Source: Candidatus Obscuribacteraceae bacterium (GTDB lineage: Bacteria > Cyanobacteriota > Vampirovibrionia > Obscuribacterales > Obscuribacteraceae). Taken from it: a stretch of 64,000 nucleotides of DNA. How positions within the stretch are numbered: position 1 is the stretch's first letter; every line of letters starts with the position of its first letter. The stretch spans positions 224,001 through 288,000 of the forward strand of contig JBGASG010000003.1 of assembly GCA_044229845.1 (NCBI GenBank). Direction: 5' to 3'. Of this stretch, positions 27,136-36,471 are shown piece after piece. The translations under genes were made by a program, and so were the position numbers. The notes below the pieces were generated by a model. It searched no databases and was not told the origin of the DNA. It saw nothing but the letters and a program-made list of their open reading frames with translations.

Positions 27136-28572
27136 TTATATCCTCTTGATTTTTGGGGGCACAATTTCCAGCGCAACCAAAGGCTCCTTGACCACGGTCA
27201 AAAGGACTTCAATAAGATCTTTGCAGTCGCTTTCCCTAATGGTTCGAAAATCCAGCACGACCGCTCCATCTTTGATCACTGAAATGACAGGAGGTTCTGC
27301 CTGTCTGAGTTTCAGAGAAAGCTGAGCTGCTTTGCACGCGGCCAACTTCAATTGCAACCCGTAACTGAGAGCATGCTGTCCGGGCAGCGAGCCGCCACCT
27401 GCCACCGACTCGGTTTTTACAACCGCAATGCTGAGGCGGGTGGCATCTGCTGACTGGTCAGCAGCAATACGGCTTTGGCATTTAGAGAGGAAACTTTCAG
27501 CGCGGAACCGCACGCTGTCCGCCGATTCTTTGAGCATGGAAAGTGCCGGCAAGAGTTTTTCCGGGTGCGGTGTCAGATAAGCAATCAGCGTGGTTTCCAA
27601 AAGAGCCAACCCCACTTTATCCAGCCGCAAGGCGCGATAAAGCGGATTTTTCGCCAGCTTATCGACTATTTTTTTGCGTCCGACAATAATGCCTGCCTGC
27701 GGACCGCCCAGGAGTTTGTCGCCGGAAAAACTGACGATATCACAGCCGGTGGCGACCACTTCGCTGACACTGGGCTCCTTTTGCAAGTCGGGAAATTCCG
27801 GCAGCGCCTGACGGCTGAGCAAAACTCCGCTGCCCAAATCCTCCAGCACCGGTACTCTTTTCTTCTTGCCGATCTGCACCACGCTTTCCAGATTCGGTTG
27901 CTCCGTAAAACCTGAGATCTGAAAGTTGGAGCGGTGGCAACGCACAATCAAGCCGGTTTCTTCCCTCACAGCCCGCTCGTAGTCGGTCGCTCGCGTCCTG
28001 TTGGTGGTGCCGACCTCTCGCAGGCGCGCACCACCGGCGGTGATGACCTCGGGCAGACGAAAGCTGCCTCCGATTTCGATCAGTTCGCCGCGCGAAACAA
28101 TCACTTCGCGATCGCGGGCCAGCGTGTTGACGCAAAGTACGACCGCCGCCGCATTGTTGTTTACACAAATAGCAGCTTCCGCTCCAGTTATCAGCCGCAG
28201 CAATGCAGAAACATGCTCCGACCGTTTGCCTCGTTCACCACTGACGAGATCGAACTCCAGATTGGAGTATCCCGAGATTTCCTGCAGCCGCCCGAGCGCT
28301 GACTCGGTCAATGGTGCCCGTCCGAGGTTGGTGTGCAGTACGATACCGGTGCCATTGATCACCCGGCGCATACCTGGTTTGAGCAGCAACTCTGCGCGTT
28401 CGGCTACGCTGTCGGCCAGCGCGTCGACACCGGGAATCTCACCGCCCTCGTCGCGCCGGCGTCCCAGTTCGTCGCGCACTAAGAGCGTCAAAAGATCGCG
28501 GCGAAACCTATCTTGCAGCGCAGACAGACGCGGATGTCTCAGCAATTTGTCTACCTGGGGGATCTGTCTCAT
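27136..28572 (-). CDS. selA: L-seryl-tRNA(Sec) selenium transferase
   Basis: Motifs INGTGIVLHTNLGRAPL, YSNLEFDL, VNNNAAAV, SRGELIEIGGSFRLP, EVGTTNRT, HRSNF, PLP-lysine SGDKLLGGPQAG and RALRLDK. The start is placed at MRQIPQVDKLL (28572), the typical SelA N-terminus. Confidence 0.93.
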   Translation of the reverse strand: MRQIPQVDKLLRHPRLSALQDRFRRDLLTLLVRDELGRRRDEGGEIPGVDALADSVAERAELLLKPGMRRVINGTGIVLHTNLGRAPLTESALGRLQEISGYSNLEFDLVSGERGKRSEHVSALLRLITGAEAAICVNNNAAAVVLCVNTLARDREVIVSRGELIEIGGSFRLPEVITAGGARLREVGTTNRTRATDYERAVREETGLIVRCHRSNFQISGFTEQPNLESVVQIGKKKRVPVLEDLGSGVLLSRQALPEFPDLQKEPSVSEVVATGCDIVSFSGDKLLGGPQAGIIVGRKKIVDKLAKNPLYRALRLDKVGLALLETTLIAYLTPHPEKLLPALSMLKESADSVRFRAESFLSKCQSRIAADQSADATRLSIAVVKTESVAGGGSLPGQHALSYGLQLKLAACKAAQLSLKLRQAEPPVISVIKDGAVVLDFRTIRESDCKDLIEVLLTVVKEPLVALEIVPPKIKRI

Positions 28573-28689
28573 AACACTTTTCGCTTCCCAATTTGCTTTC
28601 AATATTGTGACAGTCGACCCTTGCGGAATGAGGGCTTGAACCGCACAATAAATATATAGACTCCTTGCCGTCTGAGCTGAGGTGTATTC

Positions 28690-28938
28690 GTGGGCAAGAC
28701 CTTGCGTAGCAAAACTCTCTATCAAGATCGCGAATGGCTTTATCAGAAGTATGTGCGCGAAAAACTGAGCACCGTTCAGATCGCGCGCATTTACAGAGAC
28801 GAAGTAAACCGCTGGTGCGATCCCAACACAATCTCGCGTTGGCTGAAGAAGCACAACATTCCGATGCGCTCGCTTGCTGAGGCGCAGCAGAATCGTCATT
28901 CGATCACGCCTGCACCGACCGGTAAAAAAGGCCGTTAG
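28690..28938 (+). CDS. Small helix-turn-helix protein
   Basis: YQDREWLYQKYV..LSTVQIA..TISRWLKKHNIPMR has an HTH pattern. GTG start with GAGGT SD. Confidence 0.7.
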   Translation: MGKTLRSKTLYQDREWLYQKYVREKLSTVQIARIYRDEVNRWCDPNTISRWLKKHNIPMRSLAEAQQNRHSITPAPTGKKGR

Positions 28939-29058
28939 CAGATAGCCAATCGACCGGGTACTTATATATATGATTGGGCATCCCGCGCCCTGGACCCGAC
29001 ATTTGACAGCCACTTCCCTGGCTGTCGTCTAAAAGCGTCTGCGGGTCTGAAATTTCAA

Positions 29059-29286
29059 CTAAAGAGTGGGGGCGCCGCCGGGTACTGAGATCCAGGCGTG
29101 TCCCATGATCATCCCGCAAGTCAGGTAGAGCAGGACGTCGCGTCCCCCGGCTACATAGAAAACCGAGTAAGCCATGCAAGAAGCGGCGCAGCGCCAGAAA
29201 CGCGGATCTCCCTCCCGCAGAGCGACAACCGTCAGAGCGACAGCTGCGGAGAAGGGTCCTCCCAGAAAGAACATATCGAAAAGCAT
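29059..29286 (-). CDS. Possible small hydrophobic protein
   Basis: 75-aa hydrophobic ORF filling an otherwise empty gap; no recognisable motif. Confidence 0.35.
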   Translation of the reverse strand: MLFDMFFLGGPFSAAVALTVVALREGDPRFWRCAASCMAYSVFYVAGGRDVLLYLTCGMIMGHAWISVPGGAPTL

Positions 29287-29386
29287 GAGTTTTCCAGCCG
29301 GTACCGCGTATCCAGAGTCTTCCGTCCTTAATTAATCATCGCCGCCGCAAACTGTCTATGGTACTTTGCCCCATGCACACGGGTAA

Positions 29387-30370
29387 ATGAGAAACATGGA
29401 CTCCGGGGACGACCTGATTTTTGGCAAGAACGCGGTGCTCGCCTATCTTCAGCGCGCTGATGACGGCTCGGGCAACGACTACAAGCAACTGCGTCAGGCT
29501 CTGATTAAGGAGCGGTTTGTCGATCACGACTTGAAAGCAGCCGATATGGCCGGCGAAGTGGAACGTGTCCTCAAGAAGTTGCGCACCGAAACCGGCGACA
29601 AGGGGCTGAAGCTGCCCAACATCAAGCAACTCGAAGGTCTGCCGACGGTGAAGGTCAACAAGATCCTTCTGGCTACGGGCGGCGCTCATGATGGGCGCAT
29701 CGACAAGATCAAGAGTCTGGCTCGCAAGCAGAAGATTCCGCTGCAAAGCTGCGACCGTCGCAAGCTGGATCAACTGGCGGGGCCGCAGCGCCGTCACCAG
29801 GGCGTCGTGGCTTTGATCACCCCCACGGAGATGTGGACTCTGGACACGTTTCTCCAAAAGCTGGTGCTGGACCGCATCAACAGAGAGTTGAACGGACAGA
29901 CGATGTCCGGCTACATGGTGGTGGCACTGGATGGGATTGAAGATCCGCACAATCTGGGAGCCATCGTGCGTACGGCAGAGAGTGCCGGCGCCAAAGCAGT
30001 TTTCGTTCCCCAGCGACGCTCGGCTGGTCTGACCGGCACGGTCGCCAAAACCAGCGCCGGGGCGATTGCTACGTTGCCGATGGTCCGCGTGTCAAATCTA
30101 GTGCACTCTATTGAGACCATGAAGAAGTATGGCTTCTGGGTGGTGGCGCTCGACCACACGGCCGAGCAGGTTTACTGGCAGGCAGACTTGTCGCGTCCCC
30201 TGCTCATCATTGTCGGCAATGAGGGTAAAGGGGTCACCCGTCTTGTTAAGGAGACCTGCGACTTTCTAGTCAAGATTCCCATGCTGGGACAGACCGAGTC
30301 ACTCAATGCCAGCGTTGCTGCTGGCATCGTTATGTACGAAGTTGTTCGCCAATGTAAAGCCGAACTTTAG
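29387..30370 (+). CDS. rlmB: 23S rRNA (G2251-2'-O)-methyltransferase, SpoU/TrmH family
   Basis: Motifs IFGKNAV, HQGVVA, LDGIEDPHNLGAIVRTA, VGNEGKGV and IPMLGQTESLNASVAAG. Confidence 0.9.
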   Translation: MRNMDSGDDLIFGKNAVLAYLQRADDGSGNDYKQLRQALIKERFVDHDLKAADMAGEVERVLKKLRTETGDKGLKLPNIKQLEGLPTVKVNKILLATGGAHDGRIDKIKSLARKQKIPLQSCDRRKLDQLAGPQRRHQGVVALITPTEMWTLDTFLQKLVLDRINRELNGQTMSGYMVVALDGIEDPHNLGAIVRTAESAGAKAVFVPQRRSAGLTGTVAKTSAGAIATLPMVRVSNLVHSIETMKKYGFWVVALDHTAEQVYWQADLSRPLLIIVGNEGKGVTRLVKETCDFLVKIPMLGQTESLNASVAAGIVMYEVVRQCKAEL

Positions 30371-30454
30371 AAGAACGGTTATAATTTTCCCAGTTGAGCG
30401 CCCCAACGGACAACTAAGACCGATCCGGATCGACGTTGAAAACCGGGTCTGTAT

Positions 30455-30484
30455 TTGACACCCTCAAATACAAGCCTGTAGAAT
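30455..30484 (+). promoter_or_regulatory. Sigma70-type promoter for the tRNA-tuf transcript
   Basis: TTGACA-18 nt-TAGAAT followed by a GC-rich stretch, 30 nt before tRNA-Thr. Confidence 0.7.
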
Positions 30485-30514
30485 TCTGCGTCCGGCCCGG
30501 TTTCCCAGACTTTC

Positions 30515-30586
30515 GCCGGTGTAGCTCAACGGCAGAGCAACGGTTTTGTAAACCGTAGGTTGCGGGTTCGAATCCCATCACCGGCT
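30515..30586 (+). tRNA. tRNA-Thr(TGT)
   Basis: Acceptor GCCGGTG/CACCGGC, anticodon arm ACGGT-ttTGTaa-ACCGT, T-loop GGTTCGAATCC. CCA is not encoded. Confidence 0.95.
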
Positions 30587-30590
30587 TTGG

Positions 30591-30673
30591 GGGCGGATGT
30601 CCGAGTGGCTAAAGGAGACGGGCTGTAAACTCGTTGGCGAAAGCCTACGCTGGTTCGAATCCAGCTCCGCCCA
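30591..30673 (+). tRNA. tRNA-Tyr(GTA)
   Basis: Acceptor GGGCGGA/TCCGCCC, anticodon loop ctGTAaa, long variable arm GGCGAAAGCC, T-loop GGTTCGAATCC. Confidence 0.95.
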
Positions 30674-30810
30674 AATTATTTGCTTATGCCATTGCAGGTG
30701 GTGACCAACACCACCTGCAATACGGGCAGAGCTTGCAAATAAATAGTTACGGTCCCAGTCGCACATTATCAAGGAGTCTACAATCTATCTCTAAGCTTGG
30801 CTCTCCATGC

Positions 30811-30885
30811 GCCCATGTAGCACAGCGGTAGTGCACCCCCTTGGTAAGGGGGAGGTCACCAGTTCGATTCTGGTCATGGGCTCCA
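30811..30885 (+). tRNA. tRNA-Thr(GGT)
   Basis: Acceptor GCCCATG/CATGGGC, anticodon arm CCCCC-ttGGTaa-GGGGG, T-loop GTTCGATTC, encoded CCA. Confidence 0.95.
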
Positions 30886-30979
30886 TTTTCCCCCCAGCAT
30901 GATTGAGCAGCGCAGGCCGACAGCCAGATTGGTAAGGACTGATTCAGCAAACACCCAAAGTAGGAGTTAAACACAGGAA

Positions 30980-32164
30980 ATGGCTCGCCAGAAATTCGAA
31001 CGGAATAAGCCAAACGTAAACGTTGGCACCATCGGTCACGTTGACCACGGCAAGACCTCCCTGACTGCAGCCATCACTAAAGTGCTCGCAGAACAGGGCA
31101 AAGCTAAATTCAAAGCTTACGATGAAATCGACGCTGCTCCCGAAGAGAAAGCGCGTGGTATCACAATCAACACAGCGCACGTCGAGTACGAAACCGACAA
31201 TCGCCACTACAGCCACGTCGATTGCCCGGGACACGCCGACTACATCAAAAACATGATCACCGGCGCAGCCCAGATGGACGGCGCTATCCTCGTCGTCTCC
31301 GCAGCCGACGGCCCGATGCCCCAGACCCGCGAACACATCCTGCTCGCCCGTCAGGTCGGCGTTCCGTACATCGTAGTTTGGCTGAACAAATGCGACATGG
31401 TCGACGATCCTGAATTGCTCGACCTGGTCGAAATGGAAGTTCGCGAACTGCTCTCCAAGTACGAATTCCCCGGCGACGATCTGCCGATCGTGCGCGGTTC
31501 GGCTGTGAAGACTCTGGAAGGCGACGCCAAAGAGAAAGAAAAAATCCTCGAACTGATGCAGAAGGTCGACGAATACATCCCAACCCCCGAACGCGAAATC
31601 GACAAGCCGTTCTTGCTGGCTGTTGAAGACGTGTTCTCGATCACCGGGCGCGGCACCGTTGCCACCGGACGTATCGAGCGCGGACAAGTCAAAGTCGGCG
31701 AAGAAGTGGAAATCGTTGGTTTGCAAGAAACCCGCAAGACCACCGTCACCGGCGTTGAAATGTATCAGAAGACCCTCGACTCGGGTATGGCTGGCGACAA
31801 CGTAGGTATCCTCCTGCGTGGTATCGACAAGACCATGATCGAACGCGGTCAAGTGATCGCCAAACCGGGCTCCATCAAGCCGCACACCAAGTTCTCCTCC
31901 GAAGTGTACGTGCTCTCCAAAGAAGAAGGCGGTCGTCACACCCCGTTCTTCCCCGGATACCGCCCGCAGTTCTACATCCGTACGACCGACGTCACCGGCT
32001 CCATCACCCTGCCTGCAGGCGTTGAAATGGTCATGCCCGGCGACAACGTCAACATGGTTGTCGAACTGATTCAACCAGTCGCCGTCGAAGAAGGCATGCG
32101 CTTCGCCATCCGCGAAGGCGGCCGTACAGTCGGCGCCGGCGTCGTAGCCAAAATCATCGAATAG
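30980..32164 (+). CDS. tuf: Elongation factor Tu
   Basis: [20 protein letters not shown] and [10 protein letters not shown]. Confidence 0.99.
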   Translation: MARQKFERNKPNVNVGTIGHVDHGKTSLTAAITKVLAEQGKAKFKAYDEIDAAPEEKARGITINTAHVEYETDNRHYSHVDCPGHADYIKNMITGAAQMDGAILVVSAADGPMPQTREHILLARQVGVPYIVVWLNKCDMVDDPELLDLVEMEVRELLSKYEFPGDDLPIVRGSAVKTLEGDAKEKEKILELMQKVDEYIPTPEREIDKPFLLAVEDVFSITGRGTVATGRIERGQVKVGEEVEIVGLQETRKTTVTGVEMYQKTLDSGMAGDNVGILLRGIDKTMIERGQVIAKPGSIKPHTKFSSEVYVLSKEEGGRHTPFFPGYRPQFYIRTTDVTGSITLPAGVEMVMPGDNVNMVVELIQPVAVEEGMRFAIREGGRTVGAGVVAKIIE

Positions 32165-32192
32165 TCACCGACTCTTCGAAGAAGACCTGTTT

Positions 32193-32226
32193 AGAGAGGC
32201 GTAGCGCAAGCTGCGCCTCTCTTTTT
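32193..32226 (+). terminator. Rho-independent terminator after tuf
   Basis: Stem agagaggcgtagc/gctgcgcctctct with a GCAA loop, followed by a T run. Confidence 0.8.
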
Positions 32227-32642
32227 GCCGCCGAAGAAACCAGACAACAGCACCACCGACACCGCCGGCAAGGGCGCGAAGAGTTTCGTGTATACAAATC
32301 CTTCAACATTGCGCTTGGCAGCTCAACAGGTAACCAACTATTGCTGAGCCGCTCAGAAAGCCAATCGCGGCTGCCAGTATGTCGCGCGCCCCGCCAGTGG
32401 TGCCATTTCAGGTGCTTGGAATGTATCAAATTGTCGCGCAATCATTATGGACGAATAAATTTTTAGGCGAGCATTTAACCTATTACGTTAAAATGAACGA
32501 CTTGTTCCGAATCCATCGCTCCGTGAGCTTTTCGCACATAAGAGCCGGTTAATCCTCGCGGAGAACCGGCGACGGAGCAGGTACCGGGAGCGAGGCGTAC
32601 CAACGCCCCCGGCGGACAAGGTTCTCATGCACAACTGGAGAA

Positions 32643-33005
32643 ATGAGCAACATGGCACGCGCCAAAGCACATAAGGCTGGTGATACTACCGGCGGAGCAA
32701 AGGTCCAACGGATTCGCATTCGTTTGAAATCCTACGACCATCGCTTGCTGGACAAATCGGCCGAACAAATCGTCGACACCGCCAAACGCACCGGCGCCAC
32801 CGTCCTCGGACCGGTTCCGCTGCCCACCCGCAAGCGCGTCTATTGCGTGTTGCGTTCTCCCCACGTCGACAAAAAGTCCCGCGAGCACTTCGAGATTCGC
32901 GTGCACAAAAGATTGATCGACATAAACGATCCGACCCCGACCACGGCCGATGCGCTCATGCGCCTCGATCTGCCGGCCGGTGTTGATATCGAAGTGAAGC
33001 TATAA
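32643..33005 (+). CDS. rpsJ: 30S ribosomal protein S10
   Basis: [33 protein letters not shown]-terminal extension. Confidence 0.98.
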   Translation: MSNMARAKAHKAGDTTGGAKVQRIRIRLKSYDHRLLDKSAEQIVDTAKRTGATVLGPVPLPTRKRVYCVLRSPHVDKKSREHFEIRVHKRLIDINDPTPTTADALMRLDLPAGVDIEVKL

Positions 33006-33025
33006 ACAAGCACGGATAAGCGCAA

Positions 33026-33676
33026 ATGAAAAATTCAGTTGGAATTCTGGGTAAAAAGGTCGGCATGACGCAAGTCTTCGATAAAGAAGGCTCCGTAGTG
33101 CCGGTCACCGTCGTGCAACTCGGCGAAAACATCGTTACCCAAAAATTGACCGCCGAGAAGAATGGCTACACAGCCGTACAAATCGGCGGTTTCGTCGTCA
33201 AAGAAACCAAACTCAACAAGCCCGAGCGAGGCGGCCAGACCAAACAGAATTTGCCACCGCTCAAGCCCCTCAAAGAGTTCCGCGTCAAAGATTCCTCCGC
33301 CTTCAATGTCGGCGAAGAATTGAAACCAGCGGAACTTTTTGCTGAAGGCACTCTCGTTGATGTGCAAGGCAGAACGATCGGTAAAGGCTTCCAGGGAACT
33401 ATCAAGCGCTACCACGCCGGTCGTGGACCGATGAGCCACGGCTCCAAGTTCCACCGCTCTATGGGTTCGATCGGACCCGGCACCACCCCCGGTCGCACTT
33501 TCAAGGGTCTGCACATGCCCGGTCAAATGGGCAACGTCACCGCGACGGTCCGCCATCTGACAGTGGTCAGTGTCGACACCGAAAAGCGCCTGATGCTGAT
33601 CCGCGGCACCGTTCCTGGTGCAGAAGGCGGACTTCTGGTAATCACCCCCTCCGTCACTAAGTGGAACGCCAAGTAA
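33026..33676 (+). CDS. rplC: 50S ribosomal protein L3
   Basis: [26 protein letters not shown]. Confidence 0.98.
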   Translation: MKNSVGILGKKVGMTQVFDKEGSVVPVTVVQLGENIVTQKLTAEKNGYTAVQIGGFVVKETKLNKPERGGQTKQNLPPLKPLKEFRVKDSSAFNVGEELKPAELFAEGTLVDVQGRTIGKGFQGTIKRYHAGRGPMSHGSKFHRSMGSIGPGTTPGRTFKGLHMPGQMGNVTATVRHLTVVSVDTEKRLMLIRGTVPGAEGGLLVITPSVTKWNAK

Positions 33677-33731
33677 TCGAACCTCTTATATACGTGACAA
33701 AAGCGAACCAACCCAACAGGGAAATTGAGAC

Positions 33732-34544
33732 ATGAGTTCTGTTCAACTGAAAGATCTGAAAGGCAAAAGCGTCGGCGAAGTGAATTTCGACGGAGAGCTT
33801 TTCGACATCGAACCGAACGTTCCGGTTCTGCATTCGGCGCTGCATCGCCAGCTGACCAATGCGCGCGTCGGCAGCGCTTCCACTAAAACGCGTTCGGAAG
33901 TGCGTGGCGGCGGCCGCAAACCGTGGCGTCAAAAAGGCACCGGTCGCGCTCGCGCCGGTTCGACTCGCTCGCCACTGTGGTCGGGCGGCGGCGTCATCTT
34001 TGGACCAAAGCCGCGCGATTATTCGCAGTCGATGACCAAAAAGTCCCGCCAACTGGCATTGCGCTCGGCGATCGCCGCCCGCAAAGATGATTTCACCGTC
34101 GTGCAAAACTTCGATGGTCTCTTCAGCAAACCACCAGTTGAAGGCAAAGAAGTCGAGCACATCAAAACCAAAGCCTTCTTCACCGCCCTCAAAGATCTCG
34201 GTCTGACCGGCAAGAAACTGCTCGTCCTTCTGGACAGCGCAGCTCCCGGTGCCGCCCAGGTCGAAAAGGCTGCCCGCAATATCGGCACGGTTTGCGTCTG
34301 CCACACCACCAACCTGAACGTCAAAGCGCTTCTGGAAGCAGATGCGATCTTGACCACGGAAAGAGCTGTGGAAGCGCTTAACTCCCGTTTCAGAGCCCAC
34401 AAAACCACCGGTGCCGGCACCAAGCACGGTACCGCCAAAGAACGCAAGACGGCTAAAGCCACCGCCAAAGAAGGCGCTGAAAAGCCGGCCAAGAAAGCCG
34501 CTCCCAAAGCAGCCGACAAAAAGACCGGCAAAGAAACTAACTAG
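33732..34544 (+). CDS. rplD: 50S ribosomal protein L4
   Basis: TKTRSEVRGGGRKPWRQKGTGRARAGS; K/A-rich C-terminal tail. Confidence 0.98.
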   Translation: MSSVQLKDLKGKSVGEVNFDGELFDIEPNVPVLHSALHRQLTNARVGSASTKTRSEVRGGGRKPWRQKGTGRARAGSTRSPLWSGGGVIFGPKPRDYSQSMTKKSRQLALRSAIAARKDDFTVVQNFDGLFSKPPVEGKEVEHIKTKAFFTALKDLGLTGKKLLVLLDSAAPGAAQVEKAARNIGTVCVCHTTNLNVKALLEADAILTTERAVEALNSRFRAHKTTGAGTKHGTAKERKTAKATAKEGAEKPAKKAAPKAADKKTGKETN

Positions 34545-34568
34545 AGCCAAGCACTAAAGGACTACAAG

Positions 34569-34874
34569 ATGGACAGCCGTCAATCACAGATCATCATCAG
34601 ACCAATCATCAACGAAAAGACCGTGTTGATGACGATGAACAATCAATACACCTTCGAAGTGGCGAAAAACGCCAACAAGACGGAGATTGCTCGCGCGATG
34701 GAACAAATCATCAGCGAACTGTGGCCCAAAAACAAATCCACGGTCGTGAAGGTCAACACGTCCGCCACCCGCGGTCGCTTCCGCGCCCGCAAGCGTCACG
34801 GCCGCAAGCCGCATGACGGCAAAAAAGCCATCATCACCATCGATGGCGATCCGCTCGAACTCTTCAACAGCTAA
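34569..34874 (+). CDS. rplW: 50S ribosomal protein L23
   Basis: IIRPIINEK, YTFEV..ANKTEI, VVKVNT, KKAIIT; located between rplD and rplB. Confidence 0.93.
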   Translation: MDSRQSQIIIRPIINEKTVLMTMNNQYTFEVAKNANKTEIARAMEQIISELWPKNKSTVVKVNTSATRGRFRARKRHGRKPHDGKKAIITIDGDPLELFNS

Positions 34875-34967
34875 CCCAACAACATCAGTTATGGGCTATC
34901 GCAAAAAAAATACGGATATCGCAAAAGCGAGCCGCCTAGATAGCCCGCAAAGATAAGGACCAACAAA

Positions 34968-35798
34968 ATGGCACTCAGAAAAGTAAATCCTACCTCGCCC
35001 GGTCGACGCGGCATGACGCTGCAAGACTTCTCGGACATTACCAAAGGTAAGCCCGAGAAAGCTCTTGTCCGCGCTCTGCGCAAAACCGGCGGCCGCAACA
35101 ACCAGGGTCGCCTGACCACCCGCCACCATGGCGGCGGTCATAAACGCAACTATCGCGTCATCGACTTCAAACGCGACAAGGCCGGCATTCCGTGCGTTGT
35201 CAACGCAATCGAATACGATCCCAACCGCAACGCCCGCATAGCCCTGCTCTTCTACGCGGATGGCGAAAAACGTTATATTCTCGCGCCCAACAATTTGAAA
35301 GTCGGTGACAGCCTGATGTCAGGTCCGGCCGCCGAAATCAAAGACGGCAACGCGCTTCCCCTGCGCGCCATTCCTCTGGGCACCATCGTCCATAACGTCG
35401 AAATGATTCCCGGCAAAGGCGGACAACTCGGTCGCGCCGCCGGCACGCAAATCCAAGTTCTCGCCAAAGAAGGCAAAACCTGCACCCTGCGTCTTCCCTC
35501 CGGTGAAATGCGCATGGTGCACATCGAGTGCATGGCTACCATCGGTCAGCTCTCCAACCCTGATGCCAAAAACATCAGCCTCGGTAAAGCCGGTCGCAGC
35601 CGCTGGCTCGGTATCAAACCGACCAACCGCGGTGTTGCGATGAATGCTGTCGACCACCCACACGGCGGCGGCGAAGGCAAGTCACCAATCGGTGGCAAGC
35701 CGCAAACTCCATGGGGCAAGCCGGCGATGGGTTATAAGACCCGCCGCGGCAAGAATTCCTCAACCAAATACATCGTCAAGCGCCGCAACGCCAAATAA
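34968..35798 (+). CDS. rplB: 50S ribosomal protein L2
   Basis: [37 protein letters not shown]. Confidence 0.99.
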   Translation: MALRKVNPTSPGRRGMTLQDFSDITKGKPEKALVRALRKTGGRNNQGRLTTRHHGGGHKRNYRVIDFKRDKAGIPCVVNAIEYDPNRNARIALLFYADGEKRYILAPNNLKVGDSLMSGPAAEIKDGNALPLRAIPLGTIVHNVEMIPGKGGQLGRAAGTQIQVLAKEGKTCTLRLPSGEMRMVHIECMATIGQLSNPDAKNISLGKAGRSRWLGIKPTNRGVAMNAVDHPHGGGEGKSPIGGKPQTPWGKPAMGYKTRRGKNSSTKYIVKRRNAK

Positions 35799-35820
35799 GG
35801 CTATCTAGGAGAAAGAAGAC

Positions 35821-36102
35821 GTGTCTCGTTCACTCAAAAAAGGTCCTTACGTTCACCCTTCGATCAGCAAAAAGATCGAAGAGATGAATCGCAAAGGAGA
35901 AAAGAAGGTCATCAAGGCCTGGGCTCGCGCCTCCATGATCATTCCGGAAATGATCGGCCACACCATCGCTATCTACAACGGTCGCAAGCACGTGCCTGTC
36001 TACATCACAGAACAAATGATCGGTCACCGACTCGGCGAATTTGCGCCCACGCGCTTCTTCAAAGGTCATGCCGGCGGCGAAAAGACCGCTAAGAGGGCGT
36101 AA
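35821..36102 (+). CDS. rpsS: 30S ribosomal protein S19
   Basis: [20 protein letters not shown]. Confidence 0.98.
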   Translation: MSRSLKKGPYVHPSISKKIEEMNRKGEKKVIKAWARASMIIPEMIGHTIAIYNGRKHVPVYITEQMIGHRLGEFAPTRFFKGHAGGEKTAKRA

Positions 36103-36107
36103 TCATC

Positions 36108-36458
36108 ATGCATACCAGAGCACAAGCAAAATGGGTCAGGATGTCACCTTTGAAGGTGCGCCGCATCATGAACCTTATTCGCGGCAAAACCGTCGAAGAA
36201 GCGTACGTCACGCTCTCCTTCCTGCCGCACTCGGCCGCCAGTGAAATCAAGAAAGTGCTGCATTCCGCCATGCACAACTTGATCAACCACCAGCACAACC
36301 CGGTCAACATCAAGGAAGTGCAACAGTTCCGCGTCAGCAAGGCACTTGTGGACCAGGGACCGACGCTGCGCCGCTGGCAACCACATGCCCGTGGTCGCGC
36401 CTTCCCGATTAAGAAGCGCACCAGCCATATCACCATCGAATTAGACGATCTGCAGTAA
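36108..36458 (+). CDS. rplV: 50S ribosomal protein L22
   Basis: RMSPLKVR, VDQGPTLRR, ARGRA, KRTSHITI. Confidence 0.97.
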   Translation: MHTRAQAKWVRMSPLKVRRIMNLIRGKTVEEAYVTLSFLPHSAASEIKKVLHSAMHNLINHQHNPVNIKEVQQFRVSKALVDQGPTLRRWQPHARGRAFPIKKRTSHITIELDDLQ

Positions 36459-36471
36459 GGAGCAATAAATC

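Noticed and set aside
28573..29013. 147-aa N-terminal extension of SelA in the ORF track
   Set aside because: It overlaps the opposite-strand HTH gene, and SelA similarity begins at MRQIPQVD.
28939..29386. tRNA-Sec (selC) near selA
   Set aside because: I found no cloverleaf, TCA anticodon arm or T-loop by eye; a covariance search is needed to exclude it.
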